Source: Chthonomonadaceae bacterium
Lineage (GTDB): Bacteria > Armatimonadota > Chthonomonadetes > Chthonomonadales > Chthonomonadaceae
DNA: 28,058 nt
NCBI GenBank assembly: GCA_035650735.1
Contig: DASRGZ010000215.1
Span: 62,001 to 90,058 of the forward strand
Reading direction: 5' to 3'
Numbering within the stretch: the stretch's first letter is position 1; each line of letters starts with the position of its first letter. Made by a program: the position numbers and the translations under genes. Below the pieces are notes generated by a model, which worked only from the letters and a program-made list of their open reading frames with translations, did not search any database and was not told the DNA's origin. This document shows, one piece after another, positions 1 to 8,338 of the stretch.

Positions 1-135
1 CATGCGGCGCTGCATGTCCTCAAATTCACCCCAGGGATCGAAGCGAGACAACAGCGTGGCGCCGGATGGACGCGCCGGCATCCCTTGTGGACGGCGCGCA
101 ATCGCGCCGGGCCAATTTTGACGGTTGTACCACAT
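1..135 (-). CDS. 5' portion of a probable small heat-shock protein (Hsp20/alpha-crystallin family), truncated by the window edge
   Basis: Not in the ORF track. ATG at 135 with AGGAGG at 145-150 (minus strand); open to base 1: MWYNRQNWPGAIARRPQGMPARPSGATLLSRFDPWGEFEDMQRRM. The segment RFDPWGEFEDMQRRM resembles the typical sHSP N-terminal motif; the crystallin domain itself would lie outside the window. Confidence 0.65.
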   Translation of the reverse strand, partial: MWYNRQNWPGAIARRPQGMPARPSGATLLSRFDPWGEFEDMQRRM

Positions 136-459
136 GGTATCTAACCTCCTTTGACATGCGGCTTCCAGGCCGCACAGATTGGATTAGGGCCGATTTTGCT
201 CCCTGCCGTTCCGGGTACGGCGGCGTCAGGATCGCGCCTATAAGATACGCAGCAGTCACCGAGAAGTTTTCAGGCGGGCAGCAAAAGTTGGCGCTCTCAA
301 GGCAGGGGCGAGAGGGCTTCCTCTCCAGGCGGCAAGCAAGCCTGATGCGTAGGCTACTCCCTGCGGAACCTTCTCTGGCCTCCTCCGTCTTACTACCGGG
401 CGCGGAAAATAGATTAAGCGCCGGCCTGCGGCATAGGTCAGCGCAGGGAGGGATTCCAG

Positions 460-1152
460 ATGCAAGTCGAATTAGGAGCGCGCGTGCGCTCCAGCGATAA
501 TCAGGACATCGGAACGATCAAGCACCTGATCCTGGATCCGAACAACGGGCGGGTGAAGGCAATCGTGGTGGAAAGAGGAGTTTTACTGCCAGAGGATACC
601 GAGATCCCGGTGGAGGACATACAGTCCGCCGATAGCAGCGGCGTCCATGTGAGCTACACCGCCGCACAGACCAGGGATCTGCCGCGCTTCGACAGGAGTC
701 TCTACACGGAAGCGCCCGGAGAGCAGACGCATCTCTATCCCGGTTGGCCGGCGGGAGGTATTCTCTGGCCCTCCTACTATCCGGCCATGACCTATGGGCC
801 GGGCCTATATCCTTCAGCGATCCCGGTGGAGGTCAAGGATGCCGACGCTCCGCAATCGCGGGAAGAGGCGCAGATATTAGAGCAGGTGGAGAGGAGCAAC
901 GCCGTCATTGAGGCCGGAGACGACGTGATCAGCCTGGATGGGCAGAAGCTCGGTCAGGTGCATAACGTGATCTTCGATCCGCAGACCGGCCAGCCGATCA
1001 CGCTGGTGATCCGCAAGGGATTGGTGTTCACGGATCACGTAGAGCTTCCGGCCCAGGCCATCGCCTCGGTAGAAGACGGCGTGGTACGCCTTAACCTCAC
1101 GAAGGTGCAGGTCGAGGCGGCTAAGCGCGAGCCCGGCGTTCCGGTCTTCTAG
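460..1152 (+). CDS. Protein with two PRC-barrel domains
   Basis: Two repeats of the PRC pattern (GARVRSSDNQDIGTIKHLILDPNNGRVKAIVVERG and GDDVISLDGQKLGQVHNVIFDPQTGQPITLVIRKG); GGGAGG upstream of the ATG. Confidence 0.85.
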   Translation: MQVELGARVRSSDNQDIGTIKHLILDPNNGRVKAIVVERGVLLPEDTEIPVEDIQSADSSGVHVSYTAAQTRDLPRFDRSLYTEAPGEQTHLYPGWPAGGILWPSYYPAMTYGPGLYPSAIPVEVKDADAPQSREEAQILEQVERSNAVIEAGDDVISLDGQKLGQVHNVIFDPQTGQPITLVIRKGLVFTDHVELPAQAIASVEDGVVRLNLTKVQVEAAKREPGVPVF

Positions 1153-1177
1153 CGCCGCTTCTATCCCTTCCGACAGG

Positions 1178-1945
1178 TCACGGGCGGGTGATCTTCTTGA
1201 GGGCGCGCAGCCAGGCGTCCTTTTCCGGCCCCCAGGGCTCGCCCCGGAAGCGATAGTCGTTTTTGCGGATAATCTCGTCTAACTCGGCTTGCAGCGCGGC
1301 CAGGCGGGCGGCCTCTAGCTGCCGGAGGCGGGCGGCGTGCGCAGGCGCGGCCTGCCGCATCACCTGCTCGGCGTGCGCCACGCACAGTCCGCTGCCCGCC
1401 TCCAGCGCCTCCCAGACGCGCGCCTCGCCCAGCCCGGCTGCCAGCGCGCCCGTATAGCGCCTCTCCGCCTCCTGCGCGTCCGCACAGGCCGGGCACGGGG
1501 CAGAGGGCACGGGAGCGTGGCGCGGCCATCCCCACCGCAGCCCCTTCCTGCCGCCGGTTTCGCCCGCCGTCCCGCTCTCCCACCGTTCCTGCGTCAGCCG
1601 GGCCAGGTCGCTATAGAGAATGGCGACGCCCAGCGCATCGCCCAGCGTTGCCAGCAGCGCCGCATGTTCTCCGCAGAAGCCGCGTGCCCGCCGCAGCTCC
1701 TCGCGCGCCCGGGGATCGTTGACAAACTCGGCGAAGAAGGCGCGCACCGACTGCGCGATGCTGCGCGCGACCAGCCGGCACACCGCGCACGTACTCTCTG
1801 TTCTGGAAGAGGCCGAGAGGGAATCGGGGGAGGGAGCGCTAACACGCGGCCCGATATCGGCAGGTCCAAGCGGCAGCAATGCGGTCAAAATTTCGTGGAG
1901 GGTCGCTTCGGAGGAACGTTCCTGCTCGGACGACTTCGCGCTCAC
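1178..1945 (-). CDS. DUF6062-family protein (duplicated CxxC...CxxH putative zinc-binding motifs)
   Basis: CAVC...GFCGEH and CPAC...GLCVAH; C-terminal IRKNDYRF...WGPEKDAW. Start revised to GTG at 1945 because of AGGAGG at 1952-1957; the longer ORF-track N-terminus overlaps the upstream gene. Confidence 0.75.
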   Translation of the reverse strand: MSAKSSEQERSSEATLHEILTALLPLGPADIGPRVSAPSPDSLSASSRTESTCAVCRLVARSIAQSVRAFFAEFVNDPRAREELRRARGFCGEHAALLATLGDALGVAILYSDLARLTQERWESGTAGETGGRKGLRWGWPRHAPVPSAPCPACADAQEAERRYTGALAAGLGEARVWEALEAGSGLCVAHAEQVMRQAAPAHAARLRQLEAARLAALQAELDEIIRKNDYRFRGEPWGPEKDAWLRALKKITRP

Positions 1946-1994
1946 AAACCACCTCCTGCCCCTTCTCACGAAGGCGGGAAACCGTTCCCTGCGC

Positions 1995-2981
1995 TTAGAT
2001 AGTGATGCGCCAATCTTTGAGGGGCGGATTGGGCGCGCTCTGCTCCCGAGAGGCCGCTTGCCCGTCGGCGGCTTCCTGCGGCTGGCTTTTGGGGGAAGAA
2101 TCCGGGCCTGGCGCTTCCGCCGAGGCCGACGCGGAAGGCTGCAGCGCAAAGTCCTCCCTCCGGACCTCCGGCGCCGGGTTAGCGGGCTCCGGATCGCCTG
2201 GGGCTGCCTCCGCTCTGCCTGCTTCGGGCGCGGCAGAGTCCGCATCCGCGGCGCTGACCGATGGTGGCGTGACAGAAGTGCTAGCAGCCGCCAGGGCAGG
2301 GCCCTCCGACATGGGGCCTTCGGGCGGGCGCTGCGAATCGTCCAGAATGGCCGTCATCTCGGCGGGCGTCAGCCGCGCGATCTGAGCCGGCTCCGAGGTC
2401 ATCTGCAGGGCGCGTACGCTATGCCGGAGCTGCGTCAGCTCCGCACGATGGTACTGCAAGGCCATATTCATGGCGTCCAACTGGCGCGCATTGGCCTCTA
2501 CCTGCCCATGCATGGCGCGGAAAGCCTGTTCGGTCAGCCGGCGGGCTTCCGCCTCAAAATTACGCTGCTCGACCTCTATCTCCCGTTCCAGGCTGGCGAT
2601 CATGGCTTCGCGCTCGCGTCGGGCCTCCTCTAGGGCGGTGATCTCCTTCTCCAGCTGCTCGTTGCGTGCGATGAGGGCCTCCACCTGCCGATGATACTCC
2701 TCCTGCCGCCGCAGCTGCTCGGCAGCCAGCTCGGCATGCGCGCGCGTCTGCTGCTGGGAGCGCGCCACTTCCGCGCCAGCCCGAAACATCAGAAGCACGA
2801 TGCAGAATGCCGCCACATCGGCCAGCCAGAGCAGAGGCGTGTTCTGCTGCACTAGCAGCCAGTTGCCGAGATAGCGGCTATCCAGCCCGGTCTCCACCAG
2901 GCGGATCAGGCTGGCTGCGCAGATCAACAGCAGCGCGATCAAAATGCCAAACACGGTATAGATGGCAAAACGCTTGGCCAT
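1995..2981 (-). CDS. Hypothetical membrane protein: two N-terminal TM segments, long coiled coil, Ala/Pro/Glu-rich disordered tail
   Basis: ATG at 2981 (MAKRFAIYTVFGILIALLLICAA...LLWLADVAAFCIVLLMF), then heptad-like E/Q/R/L-rich helix and a low-complexity tail ending KDWRITI. Confidence 0.7.
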   Translation of the reverse strand: MAKRFAIYTVFGILIALLLICAASLIRLVETGLDSRYLGNWLLVQQNTPLLWLADVAAFCIVLLMFRAGAEVARSQQQTRAHAELAAEQLRRQEEYHRQVEALIARNEQLEKEITALEEARREREAMIASLEREIEVEQRNFEAEARRLTEQAFRAMHGQVEANARQLDAMNMALQYHRAELTQLRHSVRALQMTSEPAQIARLTPAEMTAILDDSQRPPEGPMSEGPALAAASTSVTPPSVSAADADSAAPEAGRAEAAPGDPEPANPAPEVRREDFALQPSASASAEAPGPDSSPKSQPQEAADGQAASREQSAPNPPLKDWRITI

Positions 2982-3043
2982 GGTACTTCTGGACCTTTCC
3001 GGTACGAACGCCCATGCGCACCCGTCCTGAAACCTGTCCCTCC

Positions 3044-3071
3044 GTTCGACGGCGACGGCCTCCATTCCTGC
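3044..3071 (-). promoter_or_regulatory. Candidate alternative-sigma promoter GCAGGA-N18-GAAC
   Basis: Motif lies about 60 nt upstream of the ATG at 2981; the same pattern occurs at 3176-3203 and 12434-12460. Confidence 0.35.
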
Positions 3072-3175
3072 CACAAATCCAGCATTCCGTTCTCCCATAC
3101 GACCCTCACCCTGGCCCTTCCTAACCGAACCCCCCGGCCCCCTTCCCTATGAGTGCAGGGGGTGGCCCAACCTGG

Positions 3176-3203
3176 GCAGGATTTGCCTGCCCAGGCCGCG
3201 AAT
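3176..3203 (+). promoter_or_regulatory. Candidate alternative-sigma promoter GCAGGA-N18-GAAT, overlapped by a perfect 10-bp inverted repeat (3171-3195)
   Basis: About 60 nt upstream of the DUF3142 ATG; the inverted repeat is CCTGGGCAGG-atttg-CCTGCCCAGG. Confidence 0.35.
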
Positions 3204-3265
3204 GGGAAAGGCATCCAGGTAATCTCTCCCGCTCTTGTTTCTCTCCATATGGATAAGGCCAACCG

Positions 3266-4900
3266 ATGGGACGCCGCAGGCGTGTCGCAATCTGGCTTGC
3301 CGCTCTGATGGGAATGCTGGCAGGCGGTTCGCTTCTCTGGCAGCGGTTGCGCGCGCCGCGGCCCCCACTGGAGGTCGCCCTCTGGTACTGGCACCAGCCG
3401 TTCCGCCTTCCGCCCGCCGAGGCCGCCCAGCTCCGTGCCCTAGGCGTGCGCCAGTTGTTCGTGCGCGCCGGCACCTTCCGCAAGGAGGGAAATGGAGCGC
3501 GTCTGATCCTGGCGCAGCAGTGGGCCGGCAAGGCCGACGGTCTCGCTATCCACCTCGTCTTTAACTTCGATTACGACATTGTCCGCCACTTTGGCGCGCT
3601 CTCCAACGAGGCCCTCGCCGCCGCCATCCGAGAGGGCGTGCGGCGGGAGCGCGCCCGCGCCGAGCGGGCCGGAATCCACATCGCTGGCGTGCAGCTTGAT
3701 TTTGACTGCCCCACGCGCCGCCTGTCCAAGTACGCAGAACTGCTGCGCCAACTCCGCGCCACCCTTTTGGGTTCTGGCGCATTCAGCATCACGGCGCTGC
3801 CGACCTGGTTCACCGACGGCGATGTGCAGCAGGTGCTCAACGCCGTGGATTTCGTCGTGCCGCAGTACTACGAGGCGCAGATTCCCAAGACGCTTGCGGA
3901 GTTCAAAACCGTATCGCGGCTGCGAATGGCCGAGCGCGGGTTGGCCTCTCTAGGGCGAACAGGACGTCCCTTCTATGCCGGCGTGCCCGCCTACGGGCAC
4001 GCGCTGCTCTACGACGACCGGGGCAGCCTGGCCGGCCTCTACCGCGCCCTCAGCGCTCTCGATGCCGCGCACCATCCCTCCTTTCGGCTGGCGCGGGCGT
4101 TTCCCGCCGACTCCAGAGGCAGGCCGGCCACGCCCGCCACCTACATCGGTGAGGACATCTACGATTTCGTCGCCGTCTCGCCTGCGCGCGATGGCCGGGG
4201 CAAAGGCTACCATCTCGTCTACGACCTGCCGACGCCGGCGCTGGTCGCGCAGCATCTCGCCCTTGTCCGCGCCCAAGGTCCCGCCAACTGTCGCGGCATC
4301 ATCCTCTTCCGCTATCCCGAATCGGTCGGCGCAATGACCCTGCCCCTCCCGGCCCTTGCCGCCGCCATTCGAGGCGAAACGGCCAGGCCCTCTCTGCGCG
4401 TGCAGATCAAGGCGGCCAGCGCGCCGTGGGAACTGATCGAGACCGGGCGCGACGCCGCCCGCGCGCCAATAGACCTCACCCTCGCCGTGACCAATACCGG
4501 CACGGCCACCACCTTTCTTGCTCCCGACGCCATCACGCTGACCCTCCACTTCGACCGTCCCGGACTGGAGGAGGCCGATCCGCGCGACTTCGACTCGCTG
4601 GAAGCCTTCTTTGACGGCCAGAGCCGCCCGGCATCTTCCGCTGCGGTTCCGCCACTGCGCGCCAGCCTCCCGCGCGCCAACGGCTTGCGGCTGCGCAAAT
4701 TCCAGCTTGCGGCGGGCGAGACGGCTAGAATAGGCCCGATCCGCGTTCCCGCCGACGGCGCCAGGCAGGTCTGGGGCGCCTGGAGCGCGACAGGGCCGGG
4801 AGGATTTAACGTCGTGCGCGGCGACATTCCGCCAACGCCGCTGGCTCCAGAAGCCACAAACCGGGAAAAGCCGGACAGCGCCGCCGCTCTCCTGCCTTGA
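3266..4900 (+). CDS. DUF3142-family exported protein (GH18-like barrel) with probable C-terminal Ig-like domain
   Basis: N-terminal signal/anchor; GVQLDFDCPTRRLSKY, SITALPTW, VDFVVPQYY, GVPAYG and GIILFR motifs; C-terminal beta-rich LTLAVTNTG...AAGETARI. Confidence 0.75.
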   Translation: MGRRRRVAIWLAALMGMLAGGSLLWQRLRAPRPPLEVALWYWHQPFRLPPAEAAQLRALGVRQLFVRAGTFRKEGNGARLILAQQWAGKADGLAIHLVFNFDYDIVRHFGALSNEALAAAIREGVRRERARAERAGIHIAGVQLDFDCPTRRLSKYAELLRQLRATLLGSGAFSITALPTWFTDGDVQQVLNAVDFVVPQYYEAQIPKTLAEFKTVSRLRMAERGLASLGRTGRPFYAGVPAYGHALLYDDRGSLAGLYRALSALDAAHHPSFRLARAFPADSRGRPATPATYIGEDIYDFVAVSPARDGRGKGYHLVYDLPTPALVAQHLALVRAQGPANCRGIILFRYPESVGAMTLPLPALAAAIRGETARPSLRVQIKAASAPWELIETGRDAARAPIDLTLAVTNTGTATTFLAPDAITLTLHFDRPGLEEADPRDFDSLEAFFDGQSRPASSAAVPPLRASLPRANGLRLRKFQLAAGETARIGPIRVPADGARQVWGAWSATGPGGFNVVRGDIPPTPLAPEATNREKPDSAAALLP

Positions 4901-4910
4901 GGATAAGCCC

Positions 4911-7277
4911 ATGCCCATGCGATCTCTGCGCGTTCCTCGTTTTCTGCCGCTCGTCCTTGTCGGCCTGCTCCTCGCCGCCGTGCTTGCGCGCGCCTGCATG
5001 ACGGGGGAATTTAACTCCGTCCATTTCCACAGCGGCGCGCCCGACTTCGGCATTCCTCCAGCGCGCGCCGAGCTTAGATGGCGCGGCGACTATGATGACC
5101 GACCGCTCAGCGACAATGACCGTGTGATTAATGGCTACGACCGGCGTTGGGTCGAGTTGACTTACGAGGGCTTTGAGAAGCAGGCCGTGGCACAGCGCGA
5201 CGCCCGGCTCCTGCTCCTGATGGCGGCGCGGCACGCGGAAAAGCGGGGACAGTGGGGCAAGGCGCTCCGGCTCTACGCGCAGGTGGGACGGAAGTATGGC
5301 TGGGACGGTAACAGCCGGGACCGGGCGGAAGTCTTAGGGCGCGTCGCCGCCATGAAGCTCCCGCTGCCGCCCGCGTTTGCGAGCGCGCTGCGCCTCTATC
5401 TGGACGGCATGGGGCACGACGACGCAGAGCGGAGGACGGAGGCGCTGGCCGCCTTTGAGCAGGTCTACCGCGATAGGGCGGCGGGCTTCCTGCGGGAGCA
5501 CGCCCTCTATCAGCAGGCGTCGCTGGCGAAAGAGTATTTTGACTACCCGCGCGCCATCGCCCTCTACCGGCGATTCCTGCGCGAGTTCCCGCGATCCCCC
5601 AAGCGGGAGGCCGCCCTGATCATGATGGCGCGCTGCGCTATCCTGCCCGCCACGCCTGCCGGGCGCGATCTGCCTGCCGGCAAGCAGGCCCTCGCGCAGT
5701 TGCTGAAAGAGTTTCCGCACACGCGCTTTCGCGGCGTCCTTCGCGGGCTGCGCGCGCGCAGCGCCTTTCTGGAAGGGCGATGGACGCAGGCGCTACAGGA
5801 CTATTTCGCGGTCGGCGACCTGGAGTCGGTGGAGATCGTGCGCAAGGCCATGCTGCCGAACGCCCAGGGCGATGTGCGCGTGCGCCTGCTGGAGGGCTAT
5901 CTGCGCCGACTGGCCCGCGCAAAGAATTTCTTCACCTACGAGCGCGCCGTGATGGACATCGAGCGCACACTCAAAGCCTTCTCTCCCGCCGATGCCCGCG
6001 CATTCAAGCGGCACCTGTTCCGCCGGGATGACCTCATCGCGCCCTACCTCTATTATCGCCTCTATCATTCCAACAGCAAGCCCGCCGACCTGGCCCGGCT
6101 CGCAAAGTTGGCCGACGCGATCACAGCACGGCGCTCCTCGGCGCTGCTGCCGCCTCTGGTGCGCGTCCGGCTAGCGGAGGTCTACTATCGGCGAGGGCAG
6201 TACGACCTGGCCCTGCACTGGGCGGAGCGTGCAGTTTATCCACGTCCGTGGGATCGCGCCCTCTACGTGCGCGGGGCCACCCTGCACAAACTCAAGCGCT
6301 ACCGCGCCGCTATCGCAGACTTCGCCGCTCTGCTGCGCCGCTTTCCCAAAAGCCCGCTGCGGCGCGGCGCGCGCGAGGAGCTGGCCCTGCTCTATGAGGC
6401 CACCGGCGACTACGGCAGCGCGCTGGAACAGTATTTTGCGCTCGACTACCGGATGGACATTGCCTACCTGCTCGACATTCGCATGACGCCCCGGCAGATA
6501 GAGGACTTTCTGCGCAGCCGGGCCGGACAGTCCCGGCGCATCCTTACCACCGAGGATTGGCACACCGACCCGCCCAGAACCTACCGCTGTACGCAGCGTG
6601 ACCTCCTCCTCTACTCGCTCGGTATCCGCTACCTGCGGGACGAGAAATGGCGGCAGGCGGCTTACTGGCTGCGGCTCGTGCCTTATAAAACCTACGTGGC
6701 ATTCAGCGCAGGACGCAAGTACCGGGAGTACAATGCGGACACGCCCAGCCCTGAGCCGCTCACCGCCGTCCGCGACCTGAGCCGGCTTGAGCGCGACGTG
6801 GCTGCCGCCAAGTCGGACAACGCCCGCGCCGCCGCGCTGTACCGTTACGCCACCTACTACTCCACGCACGGCACGCTGCTGCTCTATAACCCGGCCCTCT
6901 GGAACTTCCAGCGCGCCTATGGCTTCAACTTCTGGTGGAACCCCGATCCGCTCAGCCGGGAGGATAAGGCACTGGTACGGGACTATATGTACCGGCATGA
7001 GGTCTACGCGCGCTCACGGCAGATCTGCCTGGAGATCGCGCGCCGGTATCCCCACTCGCCGACGGTCCCGCGCGCGCTCTACCGCGCGGGAGCGGCCTCA
7101 CGCCGCCTGGCCGAGTTTAACCTGTGGTGGGACGAAGAGAACAAGCGCCATAGCTTCTGGAAGGAATCCATTCGCCTAATGAAACAGGTTGCCGACCGTT
7201 ATCCCCGGCACCCGCTGGCAAAGCACGCGCGCAAGTACGCCCGTGTCTTCCATGAGGAGTGGAAAGATCGCTTTTAG
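4911..7277 (+). CDS. Exported tetratricopeptide-repeat protein with BamD/CpoB-like TPR units
   Basis: Signal peptide ending ARA-C; repeated helical pairs capped by FPRSP, FPHTR, FPKSP, YPHSP and YPRHP; starts 10 nt after the DUF3142 stop with GAGGA upstream. Confidence 0.8.
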   Translation: MPMRSLRVPRFLPLVLVGLLLAAVLARACMTGEFNSVHFHSGAPDFGIPPARAELRWRGDYDDRPLSDNDRVINGYDRRWVELTYEGFEKQAVAQRDARLLLLMAARHAEKRGQWGKALRLYAQVGRKYGWDGNSRDRAEVLGRVAAMKLPLPPAFASALRLYLDGMGHDDAERRTEALAAFEQVYRDRAAGFLREHALYQQASLAKEYFDYPRAIALYRRFLREFPRSPKREAALIMMARCAILPATPAGRDLPAGKQALAQLLKEFPHTRFRGVLRGLRARSAFLEGRWTQALQDYFAVGDLESVEIVRKAMLPNAQGDVRVRLLEGYLRRLARAKNFFTYERAVMDIERTLKAFSPADARAFKRHLFRRDDLIAPYLYYRLYHSNSKPADLARLAKLADAITARRSSALLPPLVRVRLAEVYYRRGQYDLALHWAERAVYPRPWDRALYVRGATLHKLKRYRAAIADFAALLRRFPKSPLRRGAREELALLYEATGDYGSALEQYFALDYRMDIAYLLDIRMTPRQIEDFLRSRAGQSRRILTTEDWHTDPPRTYRCTQRDLLLYSLGIRYLRDEKWRQAAYWLRLVPYKTYVAFSAGRKYREYNADTPSPEPLTAVRDLSRLERDVAAAKSDNARAAALYRYATYYSTHGTLLLYNPALWNFQRAYGFNFWWNPDPLSREDKALVRDYMYRHEVYARSRQICLEIARRYPHSPTVPRALYRAGAASRRLAEFNLWWDEENKRHSFWKESIRLMKQVADRYPRHPLAKHARKYARVFHEEWKDRF

Positions 7278-7415
7278 CGACGGAATGGAATTCCTTCGCT
7301 GTAGGGCCCTCCGGGCCGTGTGTCCCTGCGGGACACTCTCTCTGTCGGCAGGCGGTACGTGTCCCGAAGGGACACACAGACGTAGGCTCTAAAGCGAAGG
7401 GTTTCTAACCCGTCG
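7278..7415. repeat. REPIN/MITE-like long imperfect inverted repeat containing two GTGTCCC-N3-GGGACAC palindromes
   Basis: Left arm CGACGGAATGGAATTCCTTCGCTGTAGGGCC...GTGTGTCCCTGCGGGACAC matches the reverse complement of the right arm CGACGGGTTAGAAACCCTTCGCTTTAGAGCC...GTGTGTCCCTTCGGGACAC. Cores at 7320-7336 and 7359-7375; lies between convergent genes. Confidence 0.75.
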
Positions 7416-7449
7416 GAAACAAGTGTCTGGGACAACCGCTGAGAGGAGC

Positions 7450-8275
7450 CTACTCCGGCGCGAGGACATACGGCGCCTCTTTATAGAAGAAGCGCAGGCG
7501 CCGGCCCCCGTCTATCCAGCGGAAATCATGCGGGGCCGGTTTGTGGTCGGCTTCGGTTCCGGCGCTCTGGCTGCCGATCTCGCGCATCTCCTTCCCATCC
7601 AGGCGGCTGATCCATAGGCTGACGTCAAGCTCGGCGCTCAGCCCTTTCTTCAGGGCCGGGAAATACCGCGCCAGGAACTTCCGGAACGTCGGCTGGCGAT
7701 GGAACACAAGCCCCCAGGCCACGCGGTCGCCCTGCGGCGAGGGCACGATCTCCGTTACCTCCGCGTAGCGCGGCAAGGAAACGGCGAACTTGCGCTCCGG
7801 CATCGAATTGGGATAGATTCCCATCTCGAACAGGGTTATCTTCTCTCGATTGGAACCGGGCTGCGCATCGGCGGCAATCAAGCGGTAATCGGGCGTGACG
7901 CAGAGGAGAGAGGACGGCGGCAGGAACGGCGATGGGAACCGGAGGCCGTTCGGGCGCGTCGAAGCTATGCAGGCTGGCCCACCCCTGACCTGCTGATAAC
8001 TCCAGCCACCGCCGTTTATCCGGCAGTCATACGTTTCCGTAGGGCGGGAAGACCTTCCAGACCTCTCGATCCCCGAAGGGGAATTCACGAGGGTTAAGCG
8101 GAACCGTGTTTCCGGAGGGCGGGAAGACCTTCCCGCCCTCCCGTTGGTCCATGTGCCGCACAGGCGTCGCGCGCTCCACAAGCGAGTGGCTGCGCGATAC
8201 AAACGCCAGCGTCAGCAGGCTCACCGCCCCGATTCCCGCCAGCGCCCAGAGCCACCGCTTTCTGTATCTGCCCAT
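7450..8275 (-). pseudogene. Interrupted/frameshifted membrane-anchored beta-propeller-like (TolB/WD40-like) hypothetical protein
   Basis: N-terminal anchor (MGRYRKRWLWALAGIGAVSLLTLAF) is in one frame (8027-8275). Propeller-like C-terminal motifs (PSPQGDRVAW, SLWISRLDGKEMREIG, RWIDGGRRLRF) are in another (7450-8202). The junction coincides with the repeats at 8033-8141. Confidence 0.55.
8033..8141. repeat. Pair of GTAG/GGAG-type REP-like elements
   Basis: 26-bp direct repeats GTTTCCG[T/G]AGGGCGGGAAGACCTTCC at 8033-8058 and 8108-8133 (25/26 identical); the second extends to the palindrome GGAGGGCGGGAAG-ac-CTTCCCGCCCTCC (8114-8141). Confidence 0.7.
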
Positions 8276-8338
8276 TTTGTGCGACCTCTCTCTCCGCGGC
8301 CCTAGCGTCGCAGGAGGGGCAAGGAAGCCGGCAACGTC

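Noticed and set aside
288..314. Possible CIRCE element upstream of the Hsp20-like gene (TTGGCGCTC-N9-GGGCGAGAG)
   Set aside because: Left arm matches 7/9 but the right arm only 4/9 to TTAGCACTC-N9-GAGTGCTAA.
1946..2245. Arg-rich N-terminal extension of the 355-aa ORF
   Set aside because: Overlaps the upstream gene in another frame; a strong RBS supports GTG at 1945.
8033..8133. 26-bp direct repeats as a mini-CRISPR
   Set aside because: Only two copies, no cas genes, and the structure fits REP-like palindromes better.
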